Source: Peribolospora baueri
Lineage: Eukaryota
Length of the DNA: 51,616 nt
Direction of reading: 5' to 3'
NCBI GenBank assembly: GCA_029717555.1
Contig: JAMDHS010000120.1
Coordinates: 1-51,616 of the forward strand
Positions 12,418-23,000 of the stretch are shown one piece after another; position 1 is the first letter of the stretch; each line of letters begins with the position of its first letter. The notes beneath the pieces are model-generated. The model was not told where the DNA came from. It made no database searches and worked only from the letters and a program-made list of their open reading frames with translations. The translations under genes were made by a program, and so were the position numbers.

Positions 12418-15400
12418 TCAGTGCGAATTGACGTAGACGCCGGCCGGCGTCGGCGTCGGCGTCGGCGTCGACCGTCCGCTAGCTGGCGGAGTCACGCTGA
12501 ACGCCGCAGCGGCGGCGGCGGCGGCGGTGGCGGTGGCGCCCGCGCTGGTGAAGAACGAGTTCGAGTCGAGCTCCCCGCCGCCGAAAGGGGAGTAGACGTG
12601 TTGAGGGGCGCCGCCGGTGGCGAGGACGGGAGAGGGCACGCCAAACGCGCCCGCGCCCCCTCCGGGCCCAGCAGCACCCTGGAAGAAGCAAAACCGGTCG
12701 ACAAAGTCGGCATAGCTCGTCGAACCGATCGACGCCCGCACCTCGTGCTCCTCGCCGGCGGCGGCGGCGGCGGCGAAAGCGGTGAAGGCTGCGGGGCTGA
12801 TCGAGGGCAAAAACGGCTGATGAGCGTTGTTGGGGCGCGGGGTGTGGGGCGATTCGGAGATGTTTCCTTCTGTGGAGTCGTCCTCGATCGACGTCGTCGG
12901 CGTGGTGATGACGCTCGAGTTGAGCGAGTCGAGAGAAGAGATGGAACCGGAGGGCGAGAATTGCGCACGGGGCGATGACTCGTCCGGCGAGGGCGTGCCA
13001 GCTTCGATCTCCGTCACCGTCGCCGGCGCACTTGACGTCGTCCCGGTCGTCGCCGCCTGGCCGGCACCCAAACCGTCATCTCGCAAGGCCACGGACGTCG
13101 CGGGCATACTCCCTCTGTCGGCTCTCTCCCCGTCTCCTCTCGCTGTGACGAGCCCTTCCGGAGCACCCTGGACAGGCGACTGGACAAAGCTGCCAGAGAT
13201 GCGATCAAACACCGCCTGCGACCAGGCCGCAGCGGCCGACTGGGTTGTCGAAGGGAGGCGATTGGGAGGGAAAGAGTTGAAACGCTGAGACGGAGACGAG
13301 TGTCTGGGGAGGGAAGGCGAGCTGGACGGGATGAAGAGGTCCGTAGCCGCGCCGGCGACTGCGCCCGCGGACCGGGGAGGAGGCAGCGACGGGAGTGGGG
13401 CAGCGACGACGGTCGGCGAACTGGACGCCGGCGAGCCGGTGGCGGGCGTGCCGCCGGATGAGGGGGAGGGCGAAAGGGAGGGCGATGGCTCTCCGGGTCT
13501 GTGGGCGACCACTTCGCCCAAGCCGGGACTGAGTGCGCCGCGAGCGAAGAAGCCGGGAGGGAGGGGGACGTCGGTCGACGACGGCGGGCCGGTGGGACCG
13601 CCGGCGTTGGCGTCGAACGTGGGACTGTCGAAAGCGGCACTGCCCTGGTAGCCTCGAGTGAAGGGTCCGGTGGAGGTGTTGGGATTCGGGGTAAAATACG
13701 AGTCGACGGTCTTGTGCAGCTGAAGCGGAGCGGTGCTAAAGTCGTACCGGGCGGACCAGATGCGGTTTTCCGCGCTCGACCCTGAGCCTGATGACTCTGT
13801 CGCGGTCGATGATCTTCCGGGCCGAACAGCACCCGATCCGGCAAGCTTGGCGGCGTCCTTGGCCAGACTGCGGAACCGAGGGAGCGGACGGCCGTCGTCA
13901 TCGTCGTCGTCGTCGTCATCGCGGGCGAGCCGATCCAGTTCTCTCCGTAGCTCGGCCATCGGGAAGCCTCGAGAGCCGCGATGGAGGCCAACGAAAGCCG
14001 AAGCGGGAACAGACTGGGCTCGACTGACGGCGGCGGCGGCGGAGGAAGAGGACGAGGACGAGAAGGGGGTCGCCGCGATCGGGCTGACCGATAGTGAAGT
14101 GGGCGTGGAGGGCCGCTTGATGAAGGGAACGCGACGGAATTCGACACGGTAGTTCTGGCCGTCGTTGTTGTCCCAGAACTCACGGCCGCTGGAGGTGTAG
14201 CGGACGCAGAGAGACATGGTCTTCACCTCGTCCCGTCCGAGTGCAGCGCTGCCCTTCCAGACGAGAAGCTCGTGGAGCTTGACGCTGAACTGGAACCGAT
14301 CCTCCTTTCCGCCCCTCAGGCTCTCGGCGTGCTCGGCGCTGACCTCGCTGACGGTGTTCCACCGATCAAAGGTGAACCGAACGGCGACCCACTTCTCGAA
14401 CGCCAGGTTGCGCACGCGTACGACGCCCTTGATGGCGCGCTTGTCGTCAGAGAAGCCGATCCTCTCCAGATAAACGTCCTTGTCCCCGTCGAGGTTGGGC
14501 CGAAGGGGAAAGTTGGGCAGGCTGAGCTGCAGCTCGTCTTCCTGGGCGACGACGGTGCTGGAGGAGGAGCCTTTGCCGCCACCGGCAGGTGAACCGAGGG
14601 AACGGCGTCTGCGGATATAGAAGGGAAACTCGTCATCCTCGGTCTCCGTCTCGTTGACGGGGCTGCCGGTCCGGCTGACGGCGGCGGGGCGTTGCTGAGC
14701 GAGGAAGAGCTTGACGTGTTCGAGCTGGGTGTCAAAGTGGACGGCCTTGGAGGAGAGGCAAGGCGTGGTGGGGGCGGACTTGCTCATGCCGTTGGCAAAG
14801 GCGAAGGGCTGCACAGCGTCGGCCGAGCCGAGGGCGGGGTGCCAGTCTCCGCGGCAGCTTCCGCGCCATGAACCGCTCTTGAGCGAGCTCTTGACGGGCT
14901 CGCCGGACTTTTTGCGAACGACGGGGCCGGCGTGCGTGGTGGGCGGGGGAGACTGGACGACGGAGGCGAGGTCAAGGTGAAGGGCGGAGATGGTGCCGTC
15001 GGCGGCCTTGATATGCATCGCCCTGCGAGAGCCGGCGTGCAGAGGCTGTGTGGAGTGAGCCGACGCGGCACCGGTGCCGGTAGGACAAGGGAACTCGACG
15101 GAAGACGTCTCCGAGGCGGGCGGCCCAGAAGCCGGGGAGGTGGGGAGGACATGTGCGGGCGACGGTGGGGAAGACGGAGGGGGAGACACCGTTCGTACCG
15201 TTCGCGGTGCGGTGGCGCTCGTGGTGGGCGGAGGCGACACGGACGCACTCTCCTTCCGCGCTCGGCGGTGGTGGTGGTCGGCCGCGTCCGCTTTCGACAG
15301 CAGCGGAGCGGTTAGCGGGGTGTGGTTCGAGGTCTTCTTGGGACGAACGCCGCCGTCGTTCCTCCGGGGGAGTTGGTGGGCGGGAGTGAAGCCCATGAGG

Positions 15401-15729
15401 CGGGGTCGGCGCATGAGCGGGAGGGGGGCGGACGCGGACGTTGACCCGTCGCGGCTGTTCCGGCGAGCGTTGAGGGACATGGCCTTGGCGGGGCTGATCT
15501 GGAGAGAGGAGCGAGCGGAGGCGTACATGCCGGCCGCGGACGGGACGTCATCAGAGGAATGGCTGCGGGAGTGATGGCGTAGGGGCCGGGGACCGTCCCT
15601 GTCGCGGGTCACGGTGGTGGCCGGGAGGGTGTAGGTGGTGGCGACGGCGGTGGGCATGGTGGCTTGGGAGACGGTGTGGGGGGGCGAAAGGGAAGCGGCG
15701 TTGGAGGGAGAGGCAGATGGCGAGGCCAT
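12418..15729 (-). CDS. Protein phosphatase 1 glycogen-targeting regulatory subunit (CBM21 domain; Gac1/Gip2-like), intronless ORF
   Basis: 1103-aa ORF containing RKKSGEPVKSSLK, RVxF-type motif KAVHFD, and CBM21 signature GVVRVRNLAFEKWVAVRFTFDRW...DRFQFSV...CVRYTSSGREFWDNNDGQNYRVEF. Confidence 0.92.
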   Translation of the reverse strand: MASPSASPSNAASLSPPHTVSQATMPTAVATTYTLPATTVTRDRDGPRPLRHHSRSHSSDDVPSAAGMYASARSSLQISPAKAMSLNARRNSRDGSTSASAPLPLMRRPRLMGFTPAHQLPRRNDGGVRPKKTSNHTPLTAPLLSKADAADHHHRRARKESASVSPPPTTSATAPRTVRTVSPPPSSPPSPAHVLPTSPASGPPASETSSVEFPCPTGTGAASAHSTQPLHAGSRRAMHIKAADGTISALHLDLASVVQSPPPTTHAGPVVRKKSGEPVKSSLKSGSWRGSCRGDWHPALGSADAVQPFAFANGMSKSAPTTPCLSSKAVHFDTQLEHVKLFLAQQRPAAVSRTGSPVNETETEDDEFPFYIRRRRSLGSPAGGGKGSSSSTVVAQEDELQLSLPNFPLRPNLDGDKDVYLERIGFSDDKRAIKGVVRVRNLAFEKWVAVRFTFDRWNTVSEVSAEHAESLRGGKEDRFQFSVKLHELLVWKGSAALGRDEVKTMSLCVRYTSSGREFWDNNDGQNYRVEFRRVPFIKRPSTPTSLSVSPIAATPFSSSSSSSAAAAVSRAQSVPASAFVGLHRGSRGFPMAELRRELDRLARDDDDDDDDDGRPLPRFRSLAKDAAKLAGSGAVRPGRSSTATESSGSGSSAENRIWSARYDFSTAPLQLHKTVDSYFTPNPNTSTGPFTRGYQGSAAFDSPTFDANAGGPTGPPSSTDVPLPPGFFARGALSPGLGEVVAHRPGEPSPSLSPSPSSGGTPATGSPASSSPTVVAAPLPSLPPPRSAGAVAGAATDLFIPSSSPSLPRHSSPSQRFNSFPPNRLPSTTQSAAAAWSQAVFDRISGSFVQSPVQGAPEGLVTARGDGERADRGSMPATSVALRDDGLGAGQAATTGTTSSAPATVTEIEAGTPSPDESSPRAQFSPSGSISSLDSLNSSVITTPTTSIEDDSTEGNISESPHTPRPNNAHQPFLPSISPAAFTAFAAAAAAGEEHEVRASIGSTSYADFVDRFCFFQGAAGPGGGAGAFGVPSPVLATGGAPQHVYSPFGGGELDSNSFFTSAGATATAAAAAAAAFSVTPPASGRSTPTPTPTPAGVYVNSH

Positions 15730-15955
15730 CGACTCGGAGAGGGGAGGCGACGTCGACGTCGATGTCGATGGGTACGATGGGCGAGGTCGCCGTCGTCGTG
15801 TCAGCCCGTCTCGTCGTTGTCGTTTCCTTACTCGATCGAATCGAGGTGGCGAGGGTGGGGAAGGGTCGACGTCGTCAGGTGGTCGTCATTCTAGCGGAGG
15901 AGATAAGAAAGCGGGGGGAGAATCGAGGGGAAGAGAATACAGAAGAGGGAGGAGG

Positions 15956-16015
15956 AGAGAAGAGAAGAGAAGAGAAGAGAAGAGAAGAGAAGAGAAGAGA
16001 AGAGAAGAGAGAAGA
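15956..16015. repeat. (GAGAA)n pentanucleotide microsatellite
   Basis: About 11 tandem units; produces the spurious EKRRE and LFSSL ORFs. Confidence 0.95.
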
Positions 16016-17903
16016 GGTGAGCAGAGAGAGGAGGAAGACCAGAAAGAAAAGAGATGAAACAAAAAAAGGTGGCGATGGTAGAGAAAGGGAAGAAAAGAGA
16101 TGAGGAGTAGAACGAGAGAAGGACATGGACGGGGCCCGTTCGCCGTTCGTTCGCGTGGCTGTTGCCGCAGCAGCCGTCTAAAAGCGGGCGATCGCGAAAT
16201 TTGGGCGCCGTCGACGATCGGGACGGACAACCGCGGAGGTGGCTTAGCTTGGCCTGGCTCGGAAGGGCAGGCCGACGCTGCATCGCCTCGCATCCCTCGG
16301 ACGGTATTTTCTTGGGGAAGCAGGAGCAGAACAAGCAGAAAGAAAGAAAGAAAGGAAAAAAACGAACAAGGGAGACAAGAGAGACAAGCGACAACAATCC
16401 CATTCGCCCATCCCCTTGCGCCCACCGTGCCCGTGCCCATCTGAGACCGGCGCGACTCGGCCGTGCCCATCCCATCCCATCCATCTTCCCCAGAGTGCCC
16501 GCCACCGCGGACGGGGGTGAGACAAGACGAGACGCATGCGTGGAGACGTTGACTGCCCGACGAGCCAGCAAAGGAACGAGAGAGAGGGCGGGCACGGATA
16601 ATAACTGGCACTCACCAGATTCGTTCGTTCGTACGCAGACAGACAGACGGGAGGGGCGTGTGTGAGAAGGGTATGTGCGGATGTGGCACGCAGAGAGAAA
16701 GCGGAGAGGGAGGAGAGGGATGAAAAGGAGGAGGGAGAGAGAGCGCCCGTCCGCTCGTCCCGGGCGGTCTGGTCTGGGTGGTGCGGGGGAGGGAAGGGCA
16801 AGGAAGAAGGGAAGCCGACGACGCGGGTTTATCAACCTCGTCCATCGTCCGTTCGCTGCACAACCGACAACCGACAACCGCCAACCGCGGGGCACGGAGG
16901 GAGACGGGGACGTGCGGGTGCGGGTGCGGATGCGGGGGCGGGGGCCGAGCGAGGCGGGGACCACAGACCTTAACTCTAGTGTGCTCTGTGCTCTGTGCTC
17001 TGTTCGCAGTCAAGCTTGCTTAACCAGCCTTGGCGGGCTGGTTGGCCTGGCCGGAGAGAGAGGAATGGGAACGTTGGGGAAGAGAAAGACGACGGAGGAG
17101 GAGACGAAGACGGCGAAGGAAAGGGCAGGAAGGGCAGGAAGGAGGTGCCGACCGAGCGAACGACGCTCGTCTGTGAATGTCTGACTGACTGTCTAGACGA
17201 CAGCCTGCCTTGCCGGTCTCAGTCAGTCAAGTCAGTCTCTCCCTGTCTGTCTGTCGTCCTTGACCGCCAGCCAGGCCGACAGGACAAGCGAAGGGGGCGC
17301 GTAGGTAGAGTTCGTTGGTGGGTCGGCGGCCGAGCGATGCCAGTTTTTTGGGGGCAGCCGCCGAAGGACACATAGACAGACAGAGAGAAGACGCGGTGTC
17401 GTCGACGATCCGACCTTGGTGCCCTGCTGGAGACAGACAGACACACACACCACGGGTACACCGACACATATGGGCGCACACATACACACCGCGGCACGAC
17501 TTGCCCGCCCCGAACCGCTTTTTTTATGTACTGTGCCTATCGTGTGTGTGTGTGTACCACCTGCCTTCCTAACCCCTTGCCTTCGTCCGCCTCCCGATCG
17601 CGACGACGACGTTAGCTTATTACACTAGCTTGCCTATTACACCAACTAACGCCCGAACACTGCTTCCTTCCGCCTTTCTTGTCACTTCCTGTCCACACAT
17701 ACGCATCCGTACCTCTACCGAGCCCTCGCCTCGCCTCGCCTCGCCGTCGGCCCCTCTCTTCGCCTCCACCCAAAAGAAGAAGAAGAAGGAGAAAAAGAAG
17801 AAAAAAAAAAAAAAGACGGTGGCGATCGATCGACGCGACGCGGATCCATCGACCCACTCGCATGTCACTCCACTCCACCCACCGCCTTGACCTCCTAGTC
17901 GTG

Positions 17904-19224
17904 TATCTATCTATCTATCTATCTAATCATCTATCTATCCATCGATCCTTCCGCACAAAACACAAAAGCGGTACCCTCGGCCCGCCCGACCTGAGCGAGC
18001 GCGTGGCGAGCAGATGACCCTCGGCCCCATCCCTATCCATGCAAGGCACCCCACCCACCCAACTCACCTGCCTTCCTGCCTTCCTGCCTTCCTGCCTTCC
18101 TGCCTGCCTGCCTGCCTGCCCGCCTGCCTGTCTGTCTGTCTGCGCATAAAAAAAAACTTCGAATCTCGCCTCGCCTCGTTTCGCTTCGCCGGTGTACCGA
18201 CCCAACCGACCGGCCGTATGTGCATACACCACCACCACACACTAAACTCATACCACACCTCCACGCTGCGCCACGCCACGCCACGCTACGCCGTGCCTGC
18301 TCTGTTCTGTTCTGTTCTGCTCGCTGGACGTGGACGTGGACGTCGCTATCGATCGATCGATCGATCCATCCATCCATCCATCCAGTCCGTCCTCGGACTC
18401 CACCCGGCCAAGGTGATGGGCGAAGGGCGATGGGCGACGGCCGCGTGATCCGTTCCTCCTCCTTCATCGCCCTCCCAAAACGCAAACGCCACGCCACACC
18501 CCGCCGCACACACCGGCCAAGATCCGAAGCGCCCCGGCGGCACACACACACTCTCTCTCGATCATCGATCTGCCAGACCTTCTTCCTTCTGCCTCACGTT
18601 CACGTTGACGTTGACGCACACGCAGACGTAGACGGCCGAACGCGCGAGATTGGATGGGGTGGTGGGGCGTGGCCGCCCCGTGGGGATCGATGGATGAATG
18701 GATGGAGGGGAAAGCGGGTCCTCCTTCCATCTCGTCTCGTCTCATCCGCCGAACCGTCAGAGAGAGAAAGCAAGGAACCAAACCGTCGAACCAACCCCAA
18801 CCGCATGTCGACCTATCTATTCCTTCCGCTCTCGGATCCCTTCCTCCCTCCCTTTCATCGGCACCACGTGGCCGATGCGACGCGGTGCCGCAGTTGTCCT
18901 GTCATGCGCTTATCGCGTACCCCCCATCTTCGACGATCGAAGGATGGCCACAGCGATGGCCATCGACGACGGACGGACGAGGTGTATAAAGAGACGGCCG
19001 AACTTGGAGCGAGCGTCGTCCCGCCTCGTCTCGTCTCCCTCGTCCGAGCTCGAGATCAAAGACGACCATACGTAAGGAAGTAAGCACGCGCACCACGCCC
19101 CATCTATTCTCCATGCCCGTCCCCGCTGCCCACACGCGTCGCCGGACGGACGTTCGTCCGATCGATCGACTCCCACGACACGACGAGACGAGATGAGATG
19201 AATCAATCAATCAATCAATCAATC
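17904..19224. repeat. Cluster of short simple repeats: (TATC)n ~17904-17940, (CCTG/CCTT)n ~18067-18140, (ATCG/CATC)n ~18348-18383, (AATC)n ~19201-19224
   Basis: Read directly from the sequence; non-coding context. Confidence 0.85.
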
Positions 19225-19728
19225 CTTCCTTCTCTTTACCCACGCCTCCGTACGACGTCAACGTGAACGAACGAACGGCCGGCGCTCTGCGTGTGTGTGT
19301 CCCTGATTTGACGGACCGAGCGAGGCATACCACTCTCTTATCTCGTCCCCGTCCGTCCCCACCGTCGTCAACCGTCCGTCCGTCTCCCTCCGAGCCGGAC
19401 GGCCGCTGCGTGTGCCTCTCTCTCCTTTCCCACTCCCCGCTCCAATAATGGCCGTGACGATCCCCGCGGCCATTCGCCGACTCGTCTCCAATTCTACCCC
19501 TCCTCCCCACTCGCACCCCGCCTTCGACGACGCGCAACGACGTCCATCTGTCCTCCGCCCTGCCCTGCTTGGATAACCTAACCTGTATTATTACGAGCTC
19601 GCATGACCAGCGTCCCATCAGAGTGTCCCGACGGGACCGCAAAGCAAAGCAAACAGGAAGGAGAGACGTCTCTTGCGGTGCAGATCTGATCTGGTATACC
19701 TCCTTTCTCCTCCTCCGTCGCCGTCGTC

Positions 19729-20910
19729 TTAATAACCTTCAGCCTTGGCCTTTTCTAGACGCGTCACCTTGGCGTCTGCATCGGAGAGAAGCGAGTTCCA
19801 CGAGATGAAGACGCCCGACACCGTGTCGACCTGACGGCGGGGGGAGCGGCGAAAGGACGACATAACAAAGAGCGTGAGTAACACCAAACCGCACGGCCGG
19901 ATCGCGGCGACTCACGTAGTCGTTGTACCGCTGCAACAGGCCCTCCACGGCCTTTTCCAGTTTCTCGTACTCCTCCACGTTCTTTGCGTGGCGCTGCCAT
20001 TCCTCCTCCAGCTTTGGCACCAGCGGTTCGTACTCTGATGACCAGGCGAGCAAAGCGACAACGACGCGGGTCAGTCAAGTCAAGTCCGTGTCCTCGTCAT
20101 CCGCCGCACCGACGTCCCTCACCGCTCAGTTTCCCCGCGGCGGCAGCCCCCCTAACGTCCAGCCCATCCAGCTCTCTCAGATCCTTCTCCAGCTGCTTCA
20201 TCTCCCTCTCCGCCTCCAGCACGACGATCGCTTTTGCCTGCGGCGTGAGCGTGGAGGAAAGAAGGGACAGGTCGTCGTCTCCTGGCGTTGCCGACAAAGG
20301 CAGAGAAGACGAGCTCGGGAGAGCAAGAGGTTGATCGACGGAGATGGGGAACGGTAGCGAGGTGGATGAGAGGGCGAAGGAGGCGGAGAGGAGCGGTGCG
20401 TTGGCGTCGTCTACCGACCGACCGACCGACCGACCGGCGTATGGGCGTGCGAGACGAACACGAGTGAGGAAGCGAATCAAAACGTCGGCAACGTCCGCTA
20501 CAGGTCCACTCACAAGTGGCCACGAACCTCCTCAGCCCCTCGTTCCCCTCCACCGCCTTGTCCAACGCCGCCTTGACCAGCGCCGCCCTCCGGGAGATGC
20601 TCGCCCTGGCCAACTCGTCCGCCTTCCTGTCCTCCTCCTCGTCCTCTCTACTCGAGCCGTCCACAACGCCATCAGCAGCAGCGGCGGTCATACGCTTGCT
20701 TCTCCTTTCCCTCGCTCGCACCCTGTCCCGCTCCATGCGCTCCCGCTGCGAAGACGGTGTCTCGCCCGGGCCACACACCAGAGCCTCGACCCATCGCAGG
20801 CGGAGGCCATGCGCGAGGAGAGGATCGAGCGAGGCGGCCTTGGATTGAGAAGAAGAGGAGGAGGAATAGGAGAACGCGTACGTCGGCGCCGTGGGCTCTG
20901 TCGTCGTCAT
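19729..20910 (-). CDS. Dynactin subunit p22/p24 (DCTN3/Ro10-like), multi-exon
   Basis: LAHGLRLRWVEALVCG, NEGLRRFVATY, PQAKAIVVLEAEREMKQLEKDLRELDGL..AGKL, LLQRYNDY/VDTVSGVFISWNSLLSDADAKVTRLEK. Small coiled-coil protein with a C-terminal S-x-x-F-x-x-W pattern typical of p24. Confidence 0.7.
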
Positions 20911-21295
20911 CGCCGGTGCGTTGGTGGGTCCTGTTTGCGCCGCGTTCTCCTCGCCGCCCGCTCACGTCGGCTCCTCTTCGGCGATGGCTGACTAAGCACG
21001 CCGAGCTCGCGTGTGTAGGAAGGGACCAGAAGACGCGTCGATGCGGCGAACGTCGTCGGTCTCTTCACCAAGACCAAGTGCACACCCTCGTCAGCAACGC
21101 CCCGCTCTTTTCCGGGGCTGGAAAGTATGAAGACGCCGTTCGATGGAGAGGGGGTATATAATATATCCAGGACAAGCGGAGCGTGACTTTGTGTTTCTTC
21201 CTCCGACCTCGTTACCGCTCTCCGAATTCTACGCTCGCCGAGACTGCTCATCCACTGCGCTACCCGTCTACCTTGACGCTTGACCAGCTCGTCTC

Positions 21296-22548
21296 TCACG
21301 GCAATCCGGCCGCCTGCTGTCCTTCTCGCAGCGCCGCCGTCACCGGTCCCGTCCCCGTTCCCGTCGCCGGAGCCTCGCCGCCATCAACCCGGCTAATCAC
21401 CTGCCCCTCGCCCATGATTCCCGCCAGGTCTATCCCCTCGCTCCCGGCCACCCAACCGTTCCGAACCGCTGTCTTGAGCAGCACCTGAGTGAGCGCCGCT
21501 AGCCTTCGCACCTCCTCCCACTCCTCCTCCGTCATCGCCCTCTTCACCTTTCCGCCGCCTCTGCCCGCCTCCGTCTCCTCGGCCGCATCCTGCGAAGCTC
21601 CACCCGAGCCGCTCTTCTCGAGCAGGCCTCGGAGCTCCTTGATCTGCTCTTCCAGATCCTGGAGGCTCTCCAGCGTGCCCGTACGTTCGTTCTTGCGTGA
21701 CCGGCTCGAGCGCCACGTCTCGCCCAGGATGAGAGCCGCGGCGACGGCAAAGAGGAAGCCTTCTGAGATGGCGTTCGCGCCGTTCGCTATGGCTCTGCCG
21801 ACGACAGGGACGACGGTGGGAGAAGGGATATGGGCAGATGGGACGAGGAGAGAATGAAGGGAGACAATTCCGGCGTAAGCAAGCGAACCGGCACGGAGCC
21901 TTAAAGCTGCATCACGCAGGCGACAACGAGATACCCACTTAGTATCGTTCAATGGCCTGATCTTCTGCGCCGGCTCTCCCAGAAGCCCGGTGCGCAACTT
22001 CATTTCGCTTCGGTGCATGTACTTGAAATTGAAGCGAGAAAGAAGACGGGATAGGTAGGCCGATGAAAGGATAAGGGTCAGTTGTTCTCCCTCTCGGTGG
22101 CTCTGGAGATCAAGATCAAGTGCTGGCCGTCGACCGCCGAAAAGGCCGACAGGCGAACCCCGGGCGAAACTCACCTGCGCCAGGTTGATGCATATCCGTC
22201 GAAACGAATCGTGCTCGCCCGCTTGTTTCTTGAGTGACGTCGCAATAGGTTTCGCTAGCGTCCTGTAGACCTCGGCAGGGGTGGTCGTTCGAAGAGAGGA
22301 GAGGGGAAATTGGAAGAAACGAGCAAGGTTAGCTGTGAGTGGGAGCTTCGGTGGTCTTGTTTCGAGCGGCGTCCCCTTCCTGTCAACGACCAGTGTCTGC
22401 CGGAGACCTTTCAAACACAGTCCACCCGTCTGGTCCGTTCGCCCTTCAACCGATGACGGCAGGCGGCAGAACGAGGGAGAAAGGGAGTGGTGCGCCGTCT
22501 CGTCTCATCTTACCTTATGGCCAGCGAGACGATCTTGGCCGTCGCCAT
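21296..22548 (-). CDS. OPA3: OPA3-like mitochondrial protein, multi-exon
   Basis: MATAKIVSLAI/RTLAKPIATSLKKQAGEHDSFRRICINLAQ/YMHRSEMKLR..IRPLNDTK/AIANGANAISEGFLFAVAAALILGETWRS. First exon 22548-22514 ends in a GTAAG donor. Confidence 0.92.
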
Positions 22549-23000
22549 TCTCGTTTAGTTAAACGTGTCTCGTCCGACGGTCGTTCGTTCGCTCGCTCGA
22601 AGAAGGGGGCCTCTGCCTTTGTCACGATAACGAAGAAGGGATGGGAAGGAGGCCTGGCAAGCAGCGAAGATTTCAGTGATCGTCCCGACGCTCGCGAGAT
22701 GAAAGCCTGCCGGGCGCCAACGATCGTCCCGTCCCGGCTGCGGCCGACGGAAGTCGGTTTGTTCTTGGTCTTTGCAGTGGTCAAGCTCAAATTAAGGAAT
22801 TAGAGTGGCGGTGCGCCGCCGTCCTACTTCTCAAAGATTGTGCACTCTATCGATCCAACGGTCAGAGGAGCCTTCTTTCCTTCGTCCTCCAAGGCTTGTC
22901 AAAGACTCAGATCAACCCTCGTCCTTCGCTTCTTATCAGATTTGCATCGTCAGAGCTTTGATGTTGGAAACACGAGCCGCTCCGACCCTTCCCGAGAAGC

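Noticed and set aside
12175..15574. Long ORFs antisense to or overlapping the CBM21 gene
   Set aside because: Shadow ORFs of a high-GC coding sequence
15635..19642. Numerous 100-350 aa ORFs in the repeat-rich intergenic region
   Set aside because: Translations are microsatellite-derived (EKRRE, LFSSL, QAGR) with no domain motifs; expected by chance in GC-rich DNA
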